DNA of 64,000 nt, from assembly GCF_009914755.1 (NCBI RefSeq), contig NC_060925.1. One strand, written 5' to 3'. This document shows positions 1 to 14,824 of the stretch, piece after piece. Under the pieces are notes generated by a model, which did no database searches, was not told the DNA's origin, and was given only the letters and a program-made list of their open reading frames with translations. This DNA comes from the human T2T-CHM13v2.0 reference genome, Homo sapiens. Both the position numbers and the translations under genes were made by a program. How positions within the stretch are numbered: position 1 is the stretch's first letter; every line of letters starts with the position of its first letter.

Positions 1-311
1 AGTTCCACAGCCATTCAGGCTGGTCATCTCTTCCTAGGGCCTCTGGAGTTGGCCTACCTTGGAGAGATCTCCAATGTGCCATTCCTCCTGCAGCCGACTC
101 TCCTTATCCCTACTTCCTCAGTGCTGAGCCAGAGGAGAGTACCTTTTATCACTTCTGTATCATTTATTTATTTCGGGAAGGGAGTGTAGTGGCTGCCAGG
201 AGAGGGAGGCACACATATAAATTGTGGACAAAGCCTAGAAACCTAGGCATTGCCCCTGCTCATAGGAAGTCATATGCATGGAACATACGCACTGGAGTGC
301 TAGTTAGACAG

Positions 312-1110
312 CTGGGATGATAGAGCAGGGGATCCAGGCTGATACATCAGGGGAACTTGCAGAGAGAATAGGGGATCCAGGATGATAGAGCAGGATAAGG
401 ACAGCTGTGGATGGAGCAGGACGACTGGATAATGGAGCATGGAGCCAGGATGATGGAACAAGCAGCCAGGATGATGGACAGGGAGCTGGGATGATGGAGC
501 CGGGAGCTGGGATGATGGAGCAGAGCAGCTGGGATGATGGAGCAGGGCAGCTGGGATGAAACAGCAGGGAGCTGGAATGATAGAGCACGGCAGTTGGGAT
601 GATGGAGGAGGGAAGCTGGGATGATGGAGCAGGGAAGCCGGGATGATGGAGCAGGGAAGCCGGGATGATGGAGCAGGGAGCCAGGATGATGGAGCAGGGA
701 GCCTAGATGATGGAGCTGGCAGCTGGGATGACAGAGTGGGGAGCAGGATGATGGAGCAGGGAGCCAGGATGATGGAGCGGGGGGGCCAGGATGATGGAGC
801 GGGGAGCTGGGATGATGGAGCAGGCAGCCAGGATGATGGAGTGGGGAGCCCAGATGTTGGAGCAGGCAGCCAGGATGATGGAGTGGGGAGCGAGGATGAT
901 GGAGCAGGGGAGCCGGGATGAGGGAGCAGGCAGCTGGGATGACGGAGCAGGGAGTGGGATGATGGAGCAGGGAGCGGGATGATGGAGCGGGGAGCCAAGA
1001 TGATGGAGCAGGGAGCTGGGATGTTGGAGCAGACAGTTGGGATGATGGAGCAGGGGGCTGGGATGATGGAGCTGGGGGGCCCAATGATGGAACAAGAAGC
1101 CAGACTGATA
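312..1110. repeat. G-rich minisatellite/VNTR, ~21-bp unit GGATGATGGAGCAGGGAGC(C/T)(A/G)
   Basis: Roughly 35-38 tandem copies read directly, degenerate at both edges; explains the long Pro/Ser/His-rich ORFs at 300-1151. Confidence 0.97.
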
Positions 1111-2739
1111 GAACAGAGGAAATGATCTGAGAAACAACTTTGAAAGGTCACCTGCAGCCCCCTGATGCTTGCATTATGTTAAAATGTTTGAAAATTTAGA
1201 ATCCTCATTTTAAGGCATTGATCTTTCCTTCAGAAAGCTGTCCTTGCTGTTAAACGGTGTCCGGAGAGTAAGGAGATGGTCAGCACTGAGCATTTAGTTT
1301 CTTCAGAGGAATGACAGTGGGGGTTACTCTGTTTTTACTTGGAGTATCTGGATTGTTCAGGACCAAGTAAAACTCTGTAAGAAAGGGTTGGAAATCCTGG
1401 TGGGCCTCTGTTAGCCCTTCCAATAGAAGGGGGCCGGAGGGGGCCCACTGTCTGTGTCCTTGGACCTGCATGCAAGCTGAAGGAAATGGTGCCTGCTGCA
1501 CATGGAGGAGCTGGAGCCGTGGACAGGCCTGAGCTCATCTCCATCAGCACCCGGATGTTGGCGTACATGCCTGTGAAGGTGAGGGTCTGCACTTCCAGCA
1601 GCCCTCCCCCTTTGTATGTCACTTTGGACACCCGAGATTTCCCTGATTTGCCTGGAGCCTCTGTGTAATTTTTAATTTGATCCCCTGCGTCCCAGTGGAC
1701 TGTGAGTGTCTTGAGGCCAGCACAGGCTTGGCCCCTCCCACAGCAGGGAGACAGTGGGGAGCCAGGCTAACATGGGCCCAGGGATGTATATTCTGGAAGG
1801 AGGGCAGGCTGGGGGACGGTCACGCCAATATCAGAGTGTGAAGTGGGGCTCCATGAGAGGTGAGTCCTCATCAGGAAGGGCCGAGGAGGGGACCTGTGGG
1901 CGAGGCCTGTTGACCAGAATGATCCAGTGTGGCAGAAGGCTGTCTGGGCTTGGAGAAGATCCTGTGCAGAGATCCTGGGGCCAGAATGAACTTGGCATGT
2001 CTGGGCAACCAAAGGAGGAGGGCAAGCTGGTGAATGGGACGTGAGGTCAGAGAGACAGCCGGGGGATGGTGAGCATTTAGGATCTGATTTTGTCTGCCCT
2101 GGCACTTCCTGTGTCTGGCTCAGCACCGAGACGTTGCTAGGTGAGGGAGATGAGGCTGAGACTGGTGGGCTCGGGGGAGAATGGCTGAGAGCCAGGGTTG
2201 TGGAGGGTCTGCCACATGGGGGACCATGCCTCACAGGTTCAAGGCATCCCTGGCCCCTGGCTCCCTCCTACTCTCCTTCAGCTGTTTGCCTGCTGGGTGA
2301 CTCAGCTATGGGCTACCAAGTCATTTTGCCCTTTTCTGCTGGGATCTGCGTGCTGAGTCTCTGACTGGTAACATGCTGTGGTTTGGCAGCATGCTTGGGA
2401 GTTGACATCATTTCTGGGTGCAAGTCTGGCTTTTTCTCCCTGGTGCAGGGTGAACATGGGATTAGGGGAGACAAGAATGTCTGCTTTTTCGTCCAGACAT
2501 GCTGCCTTGCTCTTGCAGCTGAACAGACCCCAGCTGTATTTGTAAGTTAAGCCCTTAAATCCTGTGCCCTAAAGGTGGAGGTGCCATTTCATCTCCGAGA
2601 AGTGGAGAAAGATTGTGCAGTGATGCTGAGGTACAGGAGAGAGCTGATGAGGAATAGAATGATCAGTTGTTTGTAAGCAATCTCCTCTCTTCTGGCTCTC
2701 TTTAGCAAAAGTTTTTATTATTAACTCTCCTTTCACCAC

Positions 2740-3191
2740 TGCGGATGGCAGACATACCTGACGGCAAAACTGAAGCATACCCTGACAGTGACCCTGTGGG
2801 GCAGACACACCTGAATGTGTGTTTGGAGTTTTGAGCTAAGGAATCCGGGAGTGGCCAACCTGGAGATTCATTCCTTGTTTATGAGGAACATCTGAGCCCC
2901 TATCCTGTCCCGTGGAACACTGGGCATACAGATGAGCGAGGCCCTTTGTTTTGGGTTAAATGAAGGTTGCCCCGTGGAGGCTGTTAGAGGATGCTAGGTG
3001 GAAACTCTATTTATAAACCACAGGCTTCAAGCAGTTGCAGTTTTCCTGCCCAGTCCACTGCCACTGGGCCATCCCTGTGTACAGGTTTCCCACTCGTAAG
3101 CCCCTGTGTCTCATTTGCTGGCTCTGGGTCTCCTTCAGCTTCTTGGACCTGGTGCCGTCCCTGTAGGAGTTCATTAGGGGTCTGGCATGAT
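2740..3191 (+). mobile_element. Solo LTR, LTR47-like (ERVL class)
   Basis: Matches recalled motifs GCATACCCTGA..GCAGACACACCTGAATGTGTGTT..GGAATCCGGGAGTGGCCAACC.GGAGATTCATTCC; TATA-like TTTATAAA ~3010; family from memory. Confidence 0.65.
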
Positions 3192-4399
3192 CCAGTTCAT
3201 CACTGGAAAATGGTTCTGAATGTAGGCGGTAATGTTTGTGATTGTCTAGGTTGAAGTCCGGGGCAGTCTACCTGTTTAGGCAAGATGCAGGATTAGGCAT
3301 CTGAGGTTCTCTTATTCATTGCATTTTGGATCTTCTGGAGCTCCTCCTGGCTGGTTATTTTAATGCTCTATACCTTAGCCAACCACTTACAGAACTGTTT
3401 TGATAGGCCACTGACTTCTGGTGTAGACGTTGGGGGTGAAGGATGTTTGACAGATGGGACGGAGATGGATTTATGTTTGTGAAATGTTGGGGAAACCCGA
3501 GGCAATACCTGGAGCCCAGAAGAGTGGGCTCACCGTATGTCCACAGCTCTATCAGTGCCCCTAAGGTGATTGGAAACTGCTTGCTGACCTGCCTGGTTAA
3601 GGAACGAACTCGGGTTCCACCAGAAACGTGCTGAGAGATTTCCGTCCACCTTCATGGAATTCACAGAACAAATGACAAGATTTTAATCCAGGTCTTGGTA
3701 TTCCTAGGGTGCCAGAGGTGAAACTGAGAAAATTTTGCTCTCAATTATTTGGCGAGTTTGTAGGTAGAGAATAATACGAGCTCCTGGAGGGCTGGAATCT
3801 GGAGGCATTTCAGCAAGGGTTTAGAAAGGGTGGGTGATGGTGACTAGGGATACAGCACGTTGCTCAGCTCTGGGCTGAGAGGTGGTTAGTTCAGCCTGAC
3901 GACCCAGCAGAGCACCTCCTGGTCATTCTGCCGGCCCTTTATCTGGTGAGGTAGGGCAAGGAGGGAGTTGGAGTGAGGAAAAATGCCTAAGTCAAGGGAA
4001 TAGAGGGAGGGCAAGATAAGAGATGGCCCTTGTGCGAGAACTGTCTGCATTGCTCACTCTTTGGAGATTGATGCTTTCTCCATTTTACAGTTTTTAGGGG
4101 GATGTTCTTACTGGCAAAGGAGGAAAACAGCTGTAAAGTGAGCAGTTTTTTTTTCCCCCGTGTGTTAAGGGAATTTATTTTCCTTTTCATTCTTTGTTCC
4201 TCCTTGGCTCACCCCTGCTCAGGACATAACTTTTGCAGAAATGAGGATTTTGCTGCAGCCTGAATCTCCTGGGTTGGATCTCTTAGAGCAATTAATAACT
4301 TGTTATTCATGTGTTCGGGGCACAGCCCTTTGTACTCAGTGGTGCGTCCGTCATGCTGTTTGTGCTATTGGGGACCACTAAGAGTGCTCTAGAAAGTTG

Positions 4400-4625
4400 G
4401 TGTGGGCAGTGCTGAGCTTTGGAGTCATGGAGTGGCTCAGGTGTCAGCCCTGCCACTTACCTGTGTGCCCTTAGACAAGTACCTTTCTATGTCTCTGTTA
4501 CTCCTCTACGAGATGGAGTTTATCACAGGGTTTACTGCATGAAGCTGTCACAAGGGTTCAACAAGATGTTGCCTGGTGAGCACTTAACCCACACCAGGCA
4601 CGTAGGGAGAAAGAGCTCAGTAGAG
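4400..4625 (+). mobile_element. MIR SINE relic
   Basis: CTTTGGAGTCA..CTGCCACTTACCTGTGTG.CCTTAGACAAGT core and GCACTTA..GGCACGTAG tail. Confidence 0.7.
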
Positions 4626-5062
4626 TGTGTGTGGGAGGGGTCTTCTTCCATCCCAGGGAGGGAGGTATTTCACCTGGGAAGGTCCTGGCTGGGAGCTGTC
4701 TTCTACCCCTTCTTTATGCAGCGGGCTCTAAGCCAGCATCTGGCACCGCCCTTTCCAAACCAGTGCACACTCTCCCCATAGGGAAGGGGCCTGGCCTGCT
4801 GGGGCATGCTTAGTTTCTGTATTTTAAGAGCTCCCTCATCTGATGACCGGTACTAATTACCGAATTTCACAAATGAAATATGTGCAGGGTGAAGGAATAT
4901 GCCTGTTGATTGCACTCGAATTACTGCAGTAAAATTAAATTTCAAGGACTGCAGGAGCCTAAGATCCTTCTGCTGTCCTCCACTTCCCCCATCTTAATTG
5001 GTTTTCCTTGCCATCTGTCTTTCTTGCCTTTACTCCCCCATAACTGCCAGCCCGCACTGTTA

Positions 5063-5245
5063 ACCAGCGGTTTTCAATCTGGCTGTACGTTAGGAACACC
5101 TGGGGAAAACTTTGAGCTGTAGATGCCTATCACCCACCCTAGACTGATTCAGTCAGAATGTCTGGCTGTGGGGCCCAAGTGTGTTTTAGAAAAAGCTCCC
5201 CATGTGTGAATGACTCTCACGCAGTCAGGTCTGGGGACAGCTGGT
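5063..5245. mobile_element. MER5A-like hAT-Charlie MITE
   Basis: CAGCGGTTTTCAATCTGGCTG..AACACCTGGGGAA start; AAGCTCCCCA..GGTCTGGGGACAGCTG end. Confidence 0.7.
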
Positions 5246-6068
5246 TAGGAAGGCGTCGCTGAGAGTCTCCATCTTTTGGGAGTAACTGCTGATGGTCATG
5301 GAGCCCTTGAATATCTGTTTGGACTTTTTGAGGGCTCTGAGCTTGAGCTTGGTCTTCTCTTTTGGAATACTTGGGTGTTTGCTTTAATATTCAGAGTTAA
5401 ATATTGATGGGCATATAATGAAATGCCTACTGGATTACTGGACGATGCTTTTAGCTATGAGTACTTACTCTGGAAGCTCTGAGAATAATAAAAACGATGA
5501 ACAGCAGATATTAAGTGACAGTTTAGAACAGAAGAAAAATACAAGTTTTCTTACAGGCTCTTGGCTAAATGAATATGGGGGTGGACTGGGGTATTCAGTA
5601 GTTGAGCAATCCTGGATTCTATTTTTCCATATTTGCATCTCCCCCCGCCCCCAATGTTTTTGCTTTATTTAACAATTTTTGGGGTAAAAACCATGTAACA
5701 TAAAGTTTACTGTCTTAACCATTTTTAAGTGTACAGTTTTGTAGTGTTAAGTGTAGTCCTGTTGTGAAACTTTGTCATCTTGCAGATCTGGAACTCTGTA
5801 TCCATTAAACAGTAACTCCCATTCTCACCAGCCCCTGGCACCCACCATTCTGCTTTCTGCCTCTGTGCACTTGACACCTCTAGGTGCTTCATGTAAGTGG
5901 AATCTTGTAATATTTGTCCTTTTCTGATTGGCTTGTTTTCACTAGCATGATGTCTTCAAGATTCATCTCTGTTGTTCTGTGTGACAGGGTTTTTTTTTTA
6001 ATTCATTTTTATTGAGGTGAAATTCATGTAACATAAAATTAGCCATTGTAAAGTATACAGTTCAGTGA

Positions 6069-6405
<337 letters not shown>

Positions 6406-6676
6406 ACTTCTGTCTAGTTTTAAAACATTTTCATCCAAATGGAAACCCTATGCCCATTAAGCAGTTGTTCCCCATTTCCTCATCTCCCCAGTCCCTGGCA
6501 ACCACTAGTGTACTTTCTGCGTCTGTGGATTTATCCATTCTAGATATTTCGTATAAATTGACTCAAGCACTGTGTGTCCTTTAGTGTCTGAGTTCTTCCA
6601 CTTGCCATAGTTTTTGAGGTTCATTCAGGTAGTGGCATGTATCAACTTTCCCCCCCGACAGTTTTTATTATGGTAA

Positions 6677-7020
<344 letters not shown>

Positions 7021-8533
7021 TAACCATTTCTAAGTGAACAGTTCAGTGACATTGTGTTCACATTGTTACCACCATCCGTCTTTAGAACTCTTTTCATCTA
7101 GCAAAACTGATACTCTGTACCCAAAAAACAGTAACTCTCCATTCTCCCTCCCTGCAGCCACTGGCGGCCAGGGTTCTACCTTCTGTCTCTGTGAATTTGA
7201 CTCTTCTAGGTAGCTCATGTAAGTGGAGTCATTCAGTATTTATCCTTTTGAATTGGCTTATTTCACTTAGCATAATACCTACAAGGTTTATCCATGTAGC
7301 ATGTGACAGGATTTCCTTTCTTTTTAAAGCTGGGTAATAGTTCATTCTATGGACATACAACGTTGTGTTTATACATTACGCTGCTAACACGTGCAACACA
7401 TTTGCTATTCATCCTACTGTGAACACAGGTGTGCACATTTCCCTTCGAGACCCTGCTTTTCATTCTTTTGGGAGTACACCTGGTGGAACTGCTGGATCAT
7501 ATGGGAGTTCTGTTTTTTAATATACTGAGGAACCTCCATACTGCTTTCCACAGTGACTACACCAATTTTACATTCCCACCAACTGTACACAAGGGTTCCA
7601 GTTTCTCCACATCCTCACCAATACTTGTTATTTTCTGTTGTTTGATAGTAGCCATCCTAATGGATATGAAGTGGTATCTTGTGATTTTGATTATCATCTT
7701 TTTTTTGGATGAGGGAAAGTTTGACCCCATATGTGGGTGTCTGTCACCAAGATAGAATGAATGTAATTTCCAAGGAAAAATAATCCCAGGCAACCTCTTC
7801 TGGATTATGTCCCAACTGATTGGAAATGCTGGGAACTTTCTGTGGTTGAAGGACCTTGACATTTGTTGTCAAACTGCCTGTGAGTCACTTATCTTCTGGG
7901 GGAAAATAAACATAACCGTGTCTTCCAGTCTGAAGTGGGGTGGGTGGGTGATATGAAGCATTGCACACAGCAGAGCCTGCTGCCCCTCCACAGCCTCTGC
8001 AAATGCCGTGTGAAGGTGGTGGACCTGCTACCAGAACTGGTGTCCTGCTGTCTCTGTAGTTAACTCTTAGGAGAAATAACGGTTGTGTGTGTGGAGGTGA
8101 AGAATGGGAAGGGAAGGAGGGGTGGGGAGGGCTGGTGCTTCTGAGGTTCCCAAAGTTCCTGGACTCGAATTTTCTGTTGGCAAATAAGCTGGTCAGAACT
8201 TAGGAATGTGGTAAGTTGATCCAGGAAGAAGTTGAAGGTTTCTATCTGTGTTTTTCTGTGCGGTTGTGTATGTGTAACACGTTTGCAGAAATAGTTGAAG
8301 CTTATTATTTTCTTCAAAAGATCTTATTTTCTAGTGTGTAAATCACAGGTAATTAAATATGAGTTAAAGTAAGAGAGAGACCCTTGGGCTATCTCAGACT
8401 TAGCTTTGAGAGAGAGAATGATCATGGGTCTAAGGCATCACTCTTGGTTTTATAGGTTTGGAAACTCAATGTTATTAGTTCCATCTAGGAGTTATCAATG
8501 GGGGATTGGGGTTTACATGCATCAGAATTGTAA

Positions 8534-8944
<411 letters not shown>

Positions 8945-9150
8945 CTCAGCAAACCTTTTCTATCGGCCTATTTCTATCTATTTTCTATCGGCCACCTTTT
9001 CTATTGGCCTATTTCCATCTGTCTGAGGAATGTTGATGCATCGGCCTTCTCGTTCTGGGGATCTTTCTGTGTATAGAATCAATACCCTCTCCTTAGGGTA
9101 GTGATGGAGATTGATTTTTCAAAAATCCCAACATGTAATTTATGAAATTA

Positions 9151-9647
9151 TTGTTTCAGCTCCAGACTCTGTGCTCTGTTCTGCAGTGTTGGAGCTAGGA
9201 CCGCACATCCCAGCTGCTTTGCCAGTGGCTTCCGGGCCACCTCCATCAGCAGGAGGCGGTAGAAGCACCAGCAAGATGGGGCTTTGGTCCTTCCTGTTGG
9301 CTTCCTGTTGCCCCAGCTGTAGCTGTTGAATTCAGTCTTCAGTTATCCCAGCACTGGCCAGCCAGCCTCATCGTCCACACTCCCTGCAGATCCCACCACT
9401 CCTCCAAGGAAGTCTCTACCTCAGGGCCCTTTGGCTACGCTTCTAAGGTTAAGTCTAACCGGTTCCCTCAGGCCTAGGGGTGGTGGCTGCTTCCTGTCGT
9501 TGCTACTTCCCTGATATCTAGAATTTTCCTTTTTCTACCCAGTTACCTGGTTACTGACTTTCTACCCAGTTAACAATTTATATTAAAGCCCTTCTGTTCA
9601 AAAAGCTTATGTAGTTTCTGCGTTCTAATTGGATCCTGACTAATACA
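9151..9647 (+). mobile_element. Solo LTR, LTR33-like (ERVL)
   Basis: ATTAAA polyA signal followed by TTTCTG..GGATCCTGACTAATACA terminus typical of LTR33. Confidence 0.7.
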
Positions 9648-9956
9648 TCTGACTTTCAACATTCTTTAGTAATCAGTCAGCAAAATGATTTCATGAGATA
9701 GACGTATTATATTTAATTGGATTACAGTTCACCTTATATTCCTTTAGTTTTTTTTTGTTTTTTTTTTTTGTTTTTTTTTTTGCACTGATCTTTCTGATTT
9801 TCGTTAGGCTCGTCTATGTAATTTGAGACATAACTCCTCTCATTAGCTACTTTCTAAATCATCAGACTTGAGTTCTTTCCTGGAAAGATCACCACAGATG
9901 GCTAATGTCATTCATTTTGTTGGCTCTTTTGGCTTTATAGTAGAGGGTGACAATTC

Positions 9957-10228
9957 TTTTGTTTTTGGTTTTTTTTTTTGAGCTGGGGTCTTGCATGACC
10001 TCACTGCAACCTCTGCCTCCCGGGTTCAAATGATTCTTCTGCCTCAGCCTCCTAAGTAGCTGGGATTACAGGCACGCGCCACCAAGCCTGGCTAGTTTTT
10101 GTATTTTTAGTAGAGATGGGGTTTCACCATGTTGGCCAGGCTGATCTCGAACTCCTGACCTCAGGTGATCTGCCTGCCTCGGCCTCCCAAAGTGCTGGGA
10201 TTACAGGTGTGAGCCACCGCACCTGGCC
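9957..10228 (-). mobile_element. Alu (S type) with internal deletion near the tail
   Basis: Lacks the CTGTCGCCCAGGCTGGAGTGCAGTGG block; TSD AGGGTGACA(A/T)TTCT. Confidence 0.95.
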
Positions 10229-10529
10229 AAGGGTGACATTTCTAAACCTTATCTCTAAATTCTGTGTCCATTATTCAGTATTCCTTTAACTTGTAGAGCA
10301 TGGCTATTACGTGTTTAAGCAACATATATCTCTAAAAAGATTCGAGGCCGCTTATAAGAGAAAGTATATTATGTGTAAGCACAGATTCATTAAAATAAGA
10401 GTTTAAAAATCTGGGGTCAAATTTAGGGGGTAGAGGGGATGAGGGATAAAAAGGTGAAGGAAAAAAGAAGTGGATGGAGAATTAAAGAATGAAGGAGAAT
10501 TAACACTGAACACCCACCCCCATGGAGCC

Positions 10530-10670
10530 AGATCCTGGCTAGGTGTTTGCCATCTGTGTTTAGTTTAATGCTCAGCATAATCCTGCGTGGCAGGTATGTT
10601 ACCCCCATCTATAGGTCAAGAACCTGAAACCCAAAGAGCTGGCCGATTGTGCTCTAGTCCCCCTATACAT
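10530..10670 (-). mobile_element. MIR relic
   Basis: TTTAATGCTCAGCATAATCCTG..GGTATGTTACCCCCATCTATAGG..AACCTGA. Confidence 0.6.
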
Positions 10671-11124
10671 TTCAGCTTACGTCTACTGACACTAAGCCAA
10701 GGGGAGCTCCTTCAGTTGAACGTGCAATTGTATCTTGGTAGCCAAAGCAAGAAAGGAAGCATGTTGGGTTGCATAGTTCTCATTTGATAATACAATGAAA
10801 CATTTTCTTGAGAGAGATAAACATTTTCTTAGCCTTCAAGCTTGATAAGAATCTAGTGGATATTAACTTAAAGGGCACTGAACATGATAATAGTGTCCGT
10901 CAGGGGGAGAAATAACAGAAACCAAAAGCAGAGATGCACACGTGGCCGTTTATTTAAATCAAACCTGAAGCAGAAGGAGGAGCATTAGATCACAGTGTGT
11001 AAAGGCAATTCTAGGAGAAAACGATGGACTGTAGCTAGCTTTCTGCAGTCCTGACCTGGCCAAGGGTAAAACTAGATCGGCTGCGGGCTGTGTTCCCTGG
11101 GCTTCCTGCTGCTTCACTCCTGGG

Positions 11125-11577
11125 AGGCAGCACAGAGTGGTTGTTACGGGGAAGGTTTTCCTAAGTGCTGTGAATCCACCCTGGGCCGTTTACTGGCCTT
11201 GCACATGTGGGCAAGGTACGGTCAAGCTCAGCATGATGACATTTTAGCCAATGACAGATCGAATACCCAATGGTGGTCTCATAAGATTATATACTGTATT
11301 TTTACTGTACCTCTGTGTTTAGATACACAAATACTATTATGTTATAGTTGCATACAGTATTCAGTACAGTAACAAGCAGTCCAGGTTTGCAGCCTAGGTG
11401 TGTAGTAGGCTATACCACCTCGTTTTGTGTAAGTGCATGCTATCATGTTGCCACAATAATGAAATCACCTAAGGGCACATTTCTCAGAAGGTATCCCTGT
11501 CATTAAGCAACACATGACAGTACTTAATCTCTCTAAGCCTTAGCTTCATCCCTTCTTAAATGAGGGTAATAATACTG
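11125..11577 (+). mobile_element. MIR split by a Tigger3a insertion
   Basis: GGGCAAGG-TA|insert|TA-CTTAATCTCTCTAAGCCTTAG rejoins into the MIR core. Confidence 0.7.
11219..11520 (+). mobile_element. Tigger3a/MER7-like DNA transposon (TcMar-Tigger)
   Basis: TA target duplication at 11217-18 and 11521-22; TIR-like ends CGGTCA.. / ..CATGACAG; internal GCCTAGGTGTGTAGTAGGCTATACCA. Confidence 0.85.
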
Positions 11578-11597
11578 TTTCGTCCACCTGTGTGTGT

Positions 11598-11885
11598 GTT
11601 TGAGATAGGGTCTCGCTCTGTTGCCCAGGCTGGAATGCAGTGGCACAAACATCACTGCAACCTCGATCTCCTGGGCTCAAGCAATCCTCCTGCCTCAGCA
11701 TCCTGAGTAGCTAAGAATACAGGTGTGTGCCACCATGCTGGCTAATTTTTTTTTTTTTTTTTTTTGGTAGAGATTGGGTTTTGCTATGTTGCTCAGGGTG
11801 GTGTCAAACTCCTGGCTTCAAGTGATCCTCCCACCTTGGCCTCTTAAAATGCTGGGATTACAGGCATGAGCCACCATGCCTGGCC
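11598..11885 (-). mobile_element. Alu (J type)
   Basis: CTCCTGGGCTCAAGCAATCCTCC diagnostic of AluJ. Confidence 0.95.
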
Positions 11886-11917
11886 TTATTTTTATATATT
11901 TAAGAACATATGCTTTC

Positions 11918-12231
<314 letters not shown>

Positions 12232-12834
12232 CCATATGCTTTCCCAACACATCTGGACAGCTGATATTAAAAAAGGGTGTATGTAGTAGAATTAAAACTA
12301 TTACAAGAGAAACAGAGCCAGACAGTTTGGGGAAGGGAGAAAACAGAGAGGTTGTGGGGGCACTTACCTTGAATCTTCTTAGGTCCCTTGTGTGTTGTTT
12401 TGCCTAATCCTTCCCACACGTCTGCAAAGAGGATGATCTCCCCACGTAGAGACAGGAAGCGGATTCCGATACCTCGCCTTCCCTGTGTTAGATGTGCCGT
12501 AGCTCCTACTGAGGGTGAGGATTAATTGGAGATGATGCAAGTGGACCTCTAAGCACGGGCCGCGATGATGTCGTAGTTCACGGTCACGGGACTGTCACTG
12601 CTGTTACAAACTGGCCCTTCTGCTCCGAGTCTGCTGGTCCTCATACGGTTCCTTTCTGTCTCTGGTTGTGTTGGTTAAGACAGAGTAGCTGCAATCAGGG
12701 AGAGTGTCGACCCTGACCCCAACAAGCAGGGAGAGCTAGTGCAGAATGTGGGCAGTGGCAGCAGACCCGCGGGGCTGTGACACTGTCCTTTCTGTGGCTT
12801 GGGTGGACTTCAGGGTGACCCATCTAGCAGAGTA

Positions 12835-13065
12835 AAAATAGTAACCCCACATGCTGACCATGTACCCCCTGCTTTCACGCACTTTTATGGGTGAATTCAC
12901 CTATCCGTTATAGAAACTCCATGAGGCGTTTTTATTATCCCCATTTTACAGATGAAGCTGTCAGGGAGAGAGGTTGAGTTGCCGGCAGTCTCACATGTAG
13001 AAGTGGTGAAGTGGGAATTCAGACCCACCCCTGCGGGCTCCTCAGCCAGGCCTGCTCTTAGCATC
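12835..13065 (-). mobile_element. MIR
   Basis: TTATTATCCCCATTTTACAGATGAAG..GAGAGGTTGAGT core. Confidence 0.8.
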
Positions 13066-14824
13066 CCAGTGTGCTGCTCTGTGACGAGCCCCAGTATTGG
13101 GATCCACTCTCCAGATGAGGTTTGAAGAGTTCCGAAGTGGAACGTCTTTCTGGGTTGGCTGGCTGTAGAGGGGTTGGTGACTCCAGTGTCCTGTGGTGGT
13201 AGACAGTCTCCAGCCAAGGGCATGTACTTCTCACCTCCCTGCCTCGTGAATCTGGTCAGTCTGGTGTCAAACTTGAACCAGTAGACTGCTGTGGATGTGA
13301 CACTGGGCGTGGTGCAGGCTCTGTCCTTGAGGGGCCTGGTAGCCCCACCTGGGTCCCCTGGGGCCCAACTGCCACGCTAGAAGACGTCCAGGCTGCTCTG
13401 CTGGAGAAAGAAACCGTGTGGGGTTGCCTGGAGGGTGAGACATGTTGGAGGGGAGGGAGGGAGAAGCCAAGGCCTCAGACAGGTGAGAGAGCCCCAGCCG
13501 CGAGGCACCTGTGGTCTCACCATGGGACATAAGAACTTGTTTAAGCCATGACGTTTTGGGAGGGCTTTTGTGCAGGAATGGCACCCGGAACTCCTGCTTC
13601 CCATGAACCCAGGGCTGTGGGCCTGGCTGCTGGGAGTGAGCCATTTGCTGGGCCAGGGATTTGCCCTGCTGCAGGGACTTTTCTAACCCAGCCGGGCCAG
13701 GCTCACCTGGGGGCCCTTTTGATTTTGAGAGGACGCATACCTCAGCCTGCATTTTGGTGTCCTCTTGCTAGCACCTGCCAGCTGAGGTTGAGCCATGGTG
13801 GACAATTTTTCCTTTTAAGACGATTCTAGTTACTGAACCAAAGATATTAATTATGTGCTTATCTGTGGTAATTACAACTAAAGCATTCTTTATCACTGCA
13901 GCTTAGTCGTTTGCTTACGTGATTTAAATGTGATATATGTTAATATGCATATCTCGTCAAAGGGAGTCATGGGGGTGGCATGGTTAGAGCATGCTGGCTG
14001 AGGGCAGGAGGCCAGAGGTGTCTGCGTCTCCCTCGTCCATCTCGTTCTCCCCTCCCGCCTTCCTTCCCCTTTCCCCTCTCTCCCTTCTTTCTGTCCCACC
14101 AGGATTTCTTTAAGGTTTGTGTTTCATCACCATCATCCTGTTTGAAAGTTTTTTTTTGTTGTTAATCCATCAGTCTTTCTCAATTCATAATTAATTTCTT
14201 CCAACCTCCCTCCCTGCTCCCATCCTTGGCAGCCTGGGGGCAGCAGGTTGGGAACTACCACCAATGTTGCACCTTCTTAATATTCTTTTATGTATCTCTT
14301 CTCAAAGATAGAATTAGTTTGGTCTGAATTATACATACAATCATAGAATCAAAGTGACTTGAAACTTAGAAGGTGCATTTTCTTTTAGGGTTTAATTCAC
14401 TCAGAGGTCCTCCAACCCAGCCTCTCATTCAGTAAAGACTTCCCTTCAGCAACAGATGGTAAATAGATTCTGCAGAATGAGTAATTCCTTCATTTCTGTC
14501 TGAATGGTTTGTTTAGAAGCAAACACAATGATTCCCTCTCCTTATTAAATTTGTTGGGAGAACATCAGGATCATACTAAGTTACTGTCCAAAGCTACAAC
14601 TGTGAAGAGGGGGTGCACAGTGACAAAAAAGAGAAATGTCGCTTGACATTTCAGAATTCAGGCCCAGTATCATCGGTGCCCTCATAACATTACACGCCAA
14701 ACCCTTTAATAAAACTGTCAATCCAGATTGTTAAAACACTGAGCGGTTTGCTCAGGAGATAGAATATTTATCATACTGAGGTTCCCAGTTTTTAATGAGC
14801 CAAATATATTTCCTTATTTTTTTC

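Noticed and set aside
312-1110. CRISPR-like array
   Set aside because: Contiguous tandem units without unique spacers, eukaryotic context, no cas genes
300-1151. 283-aa and 245-aa Pro/Ser/His-rich ORFs
   Set aside because: They are translations of the 21-bp VNTR; no promoter or splice support
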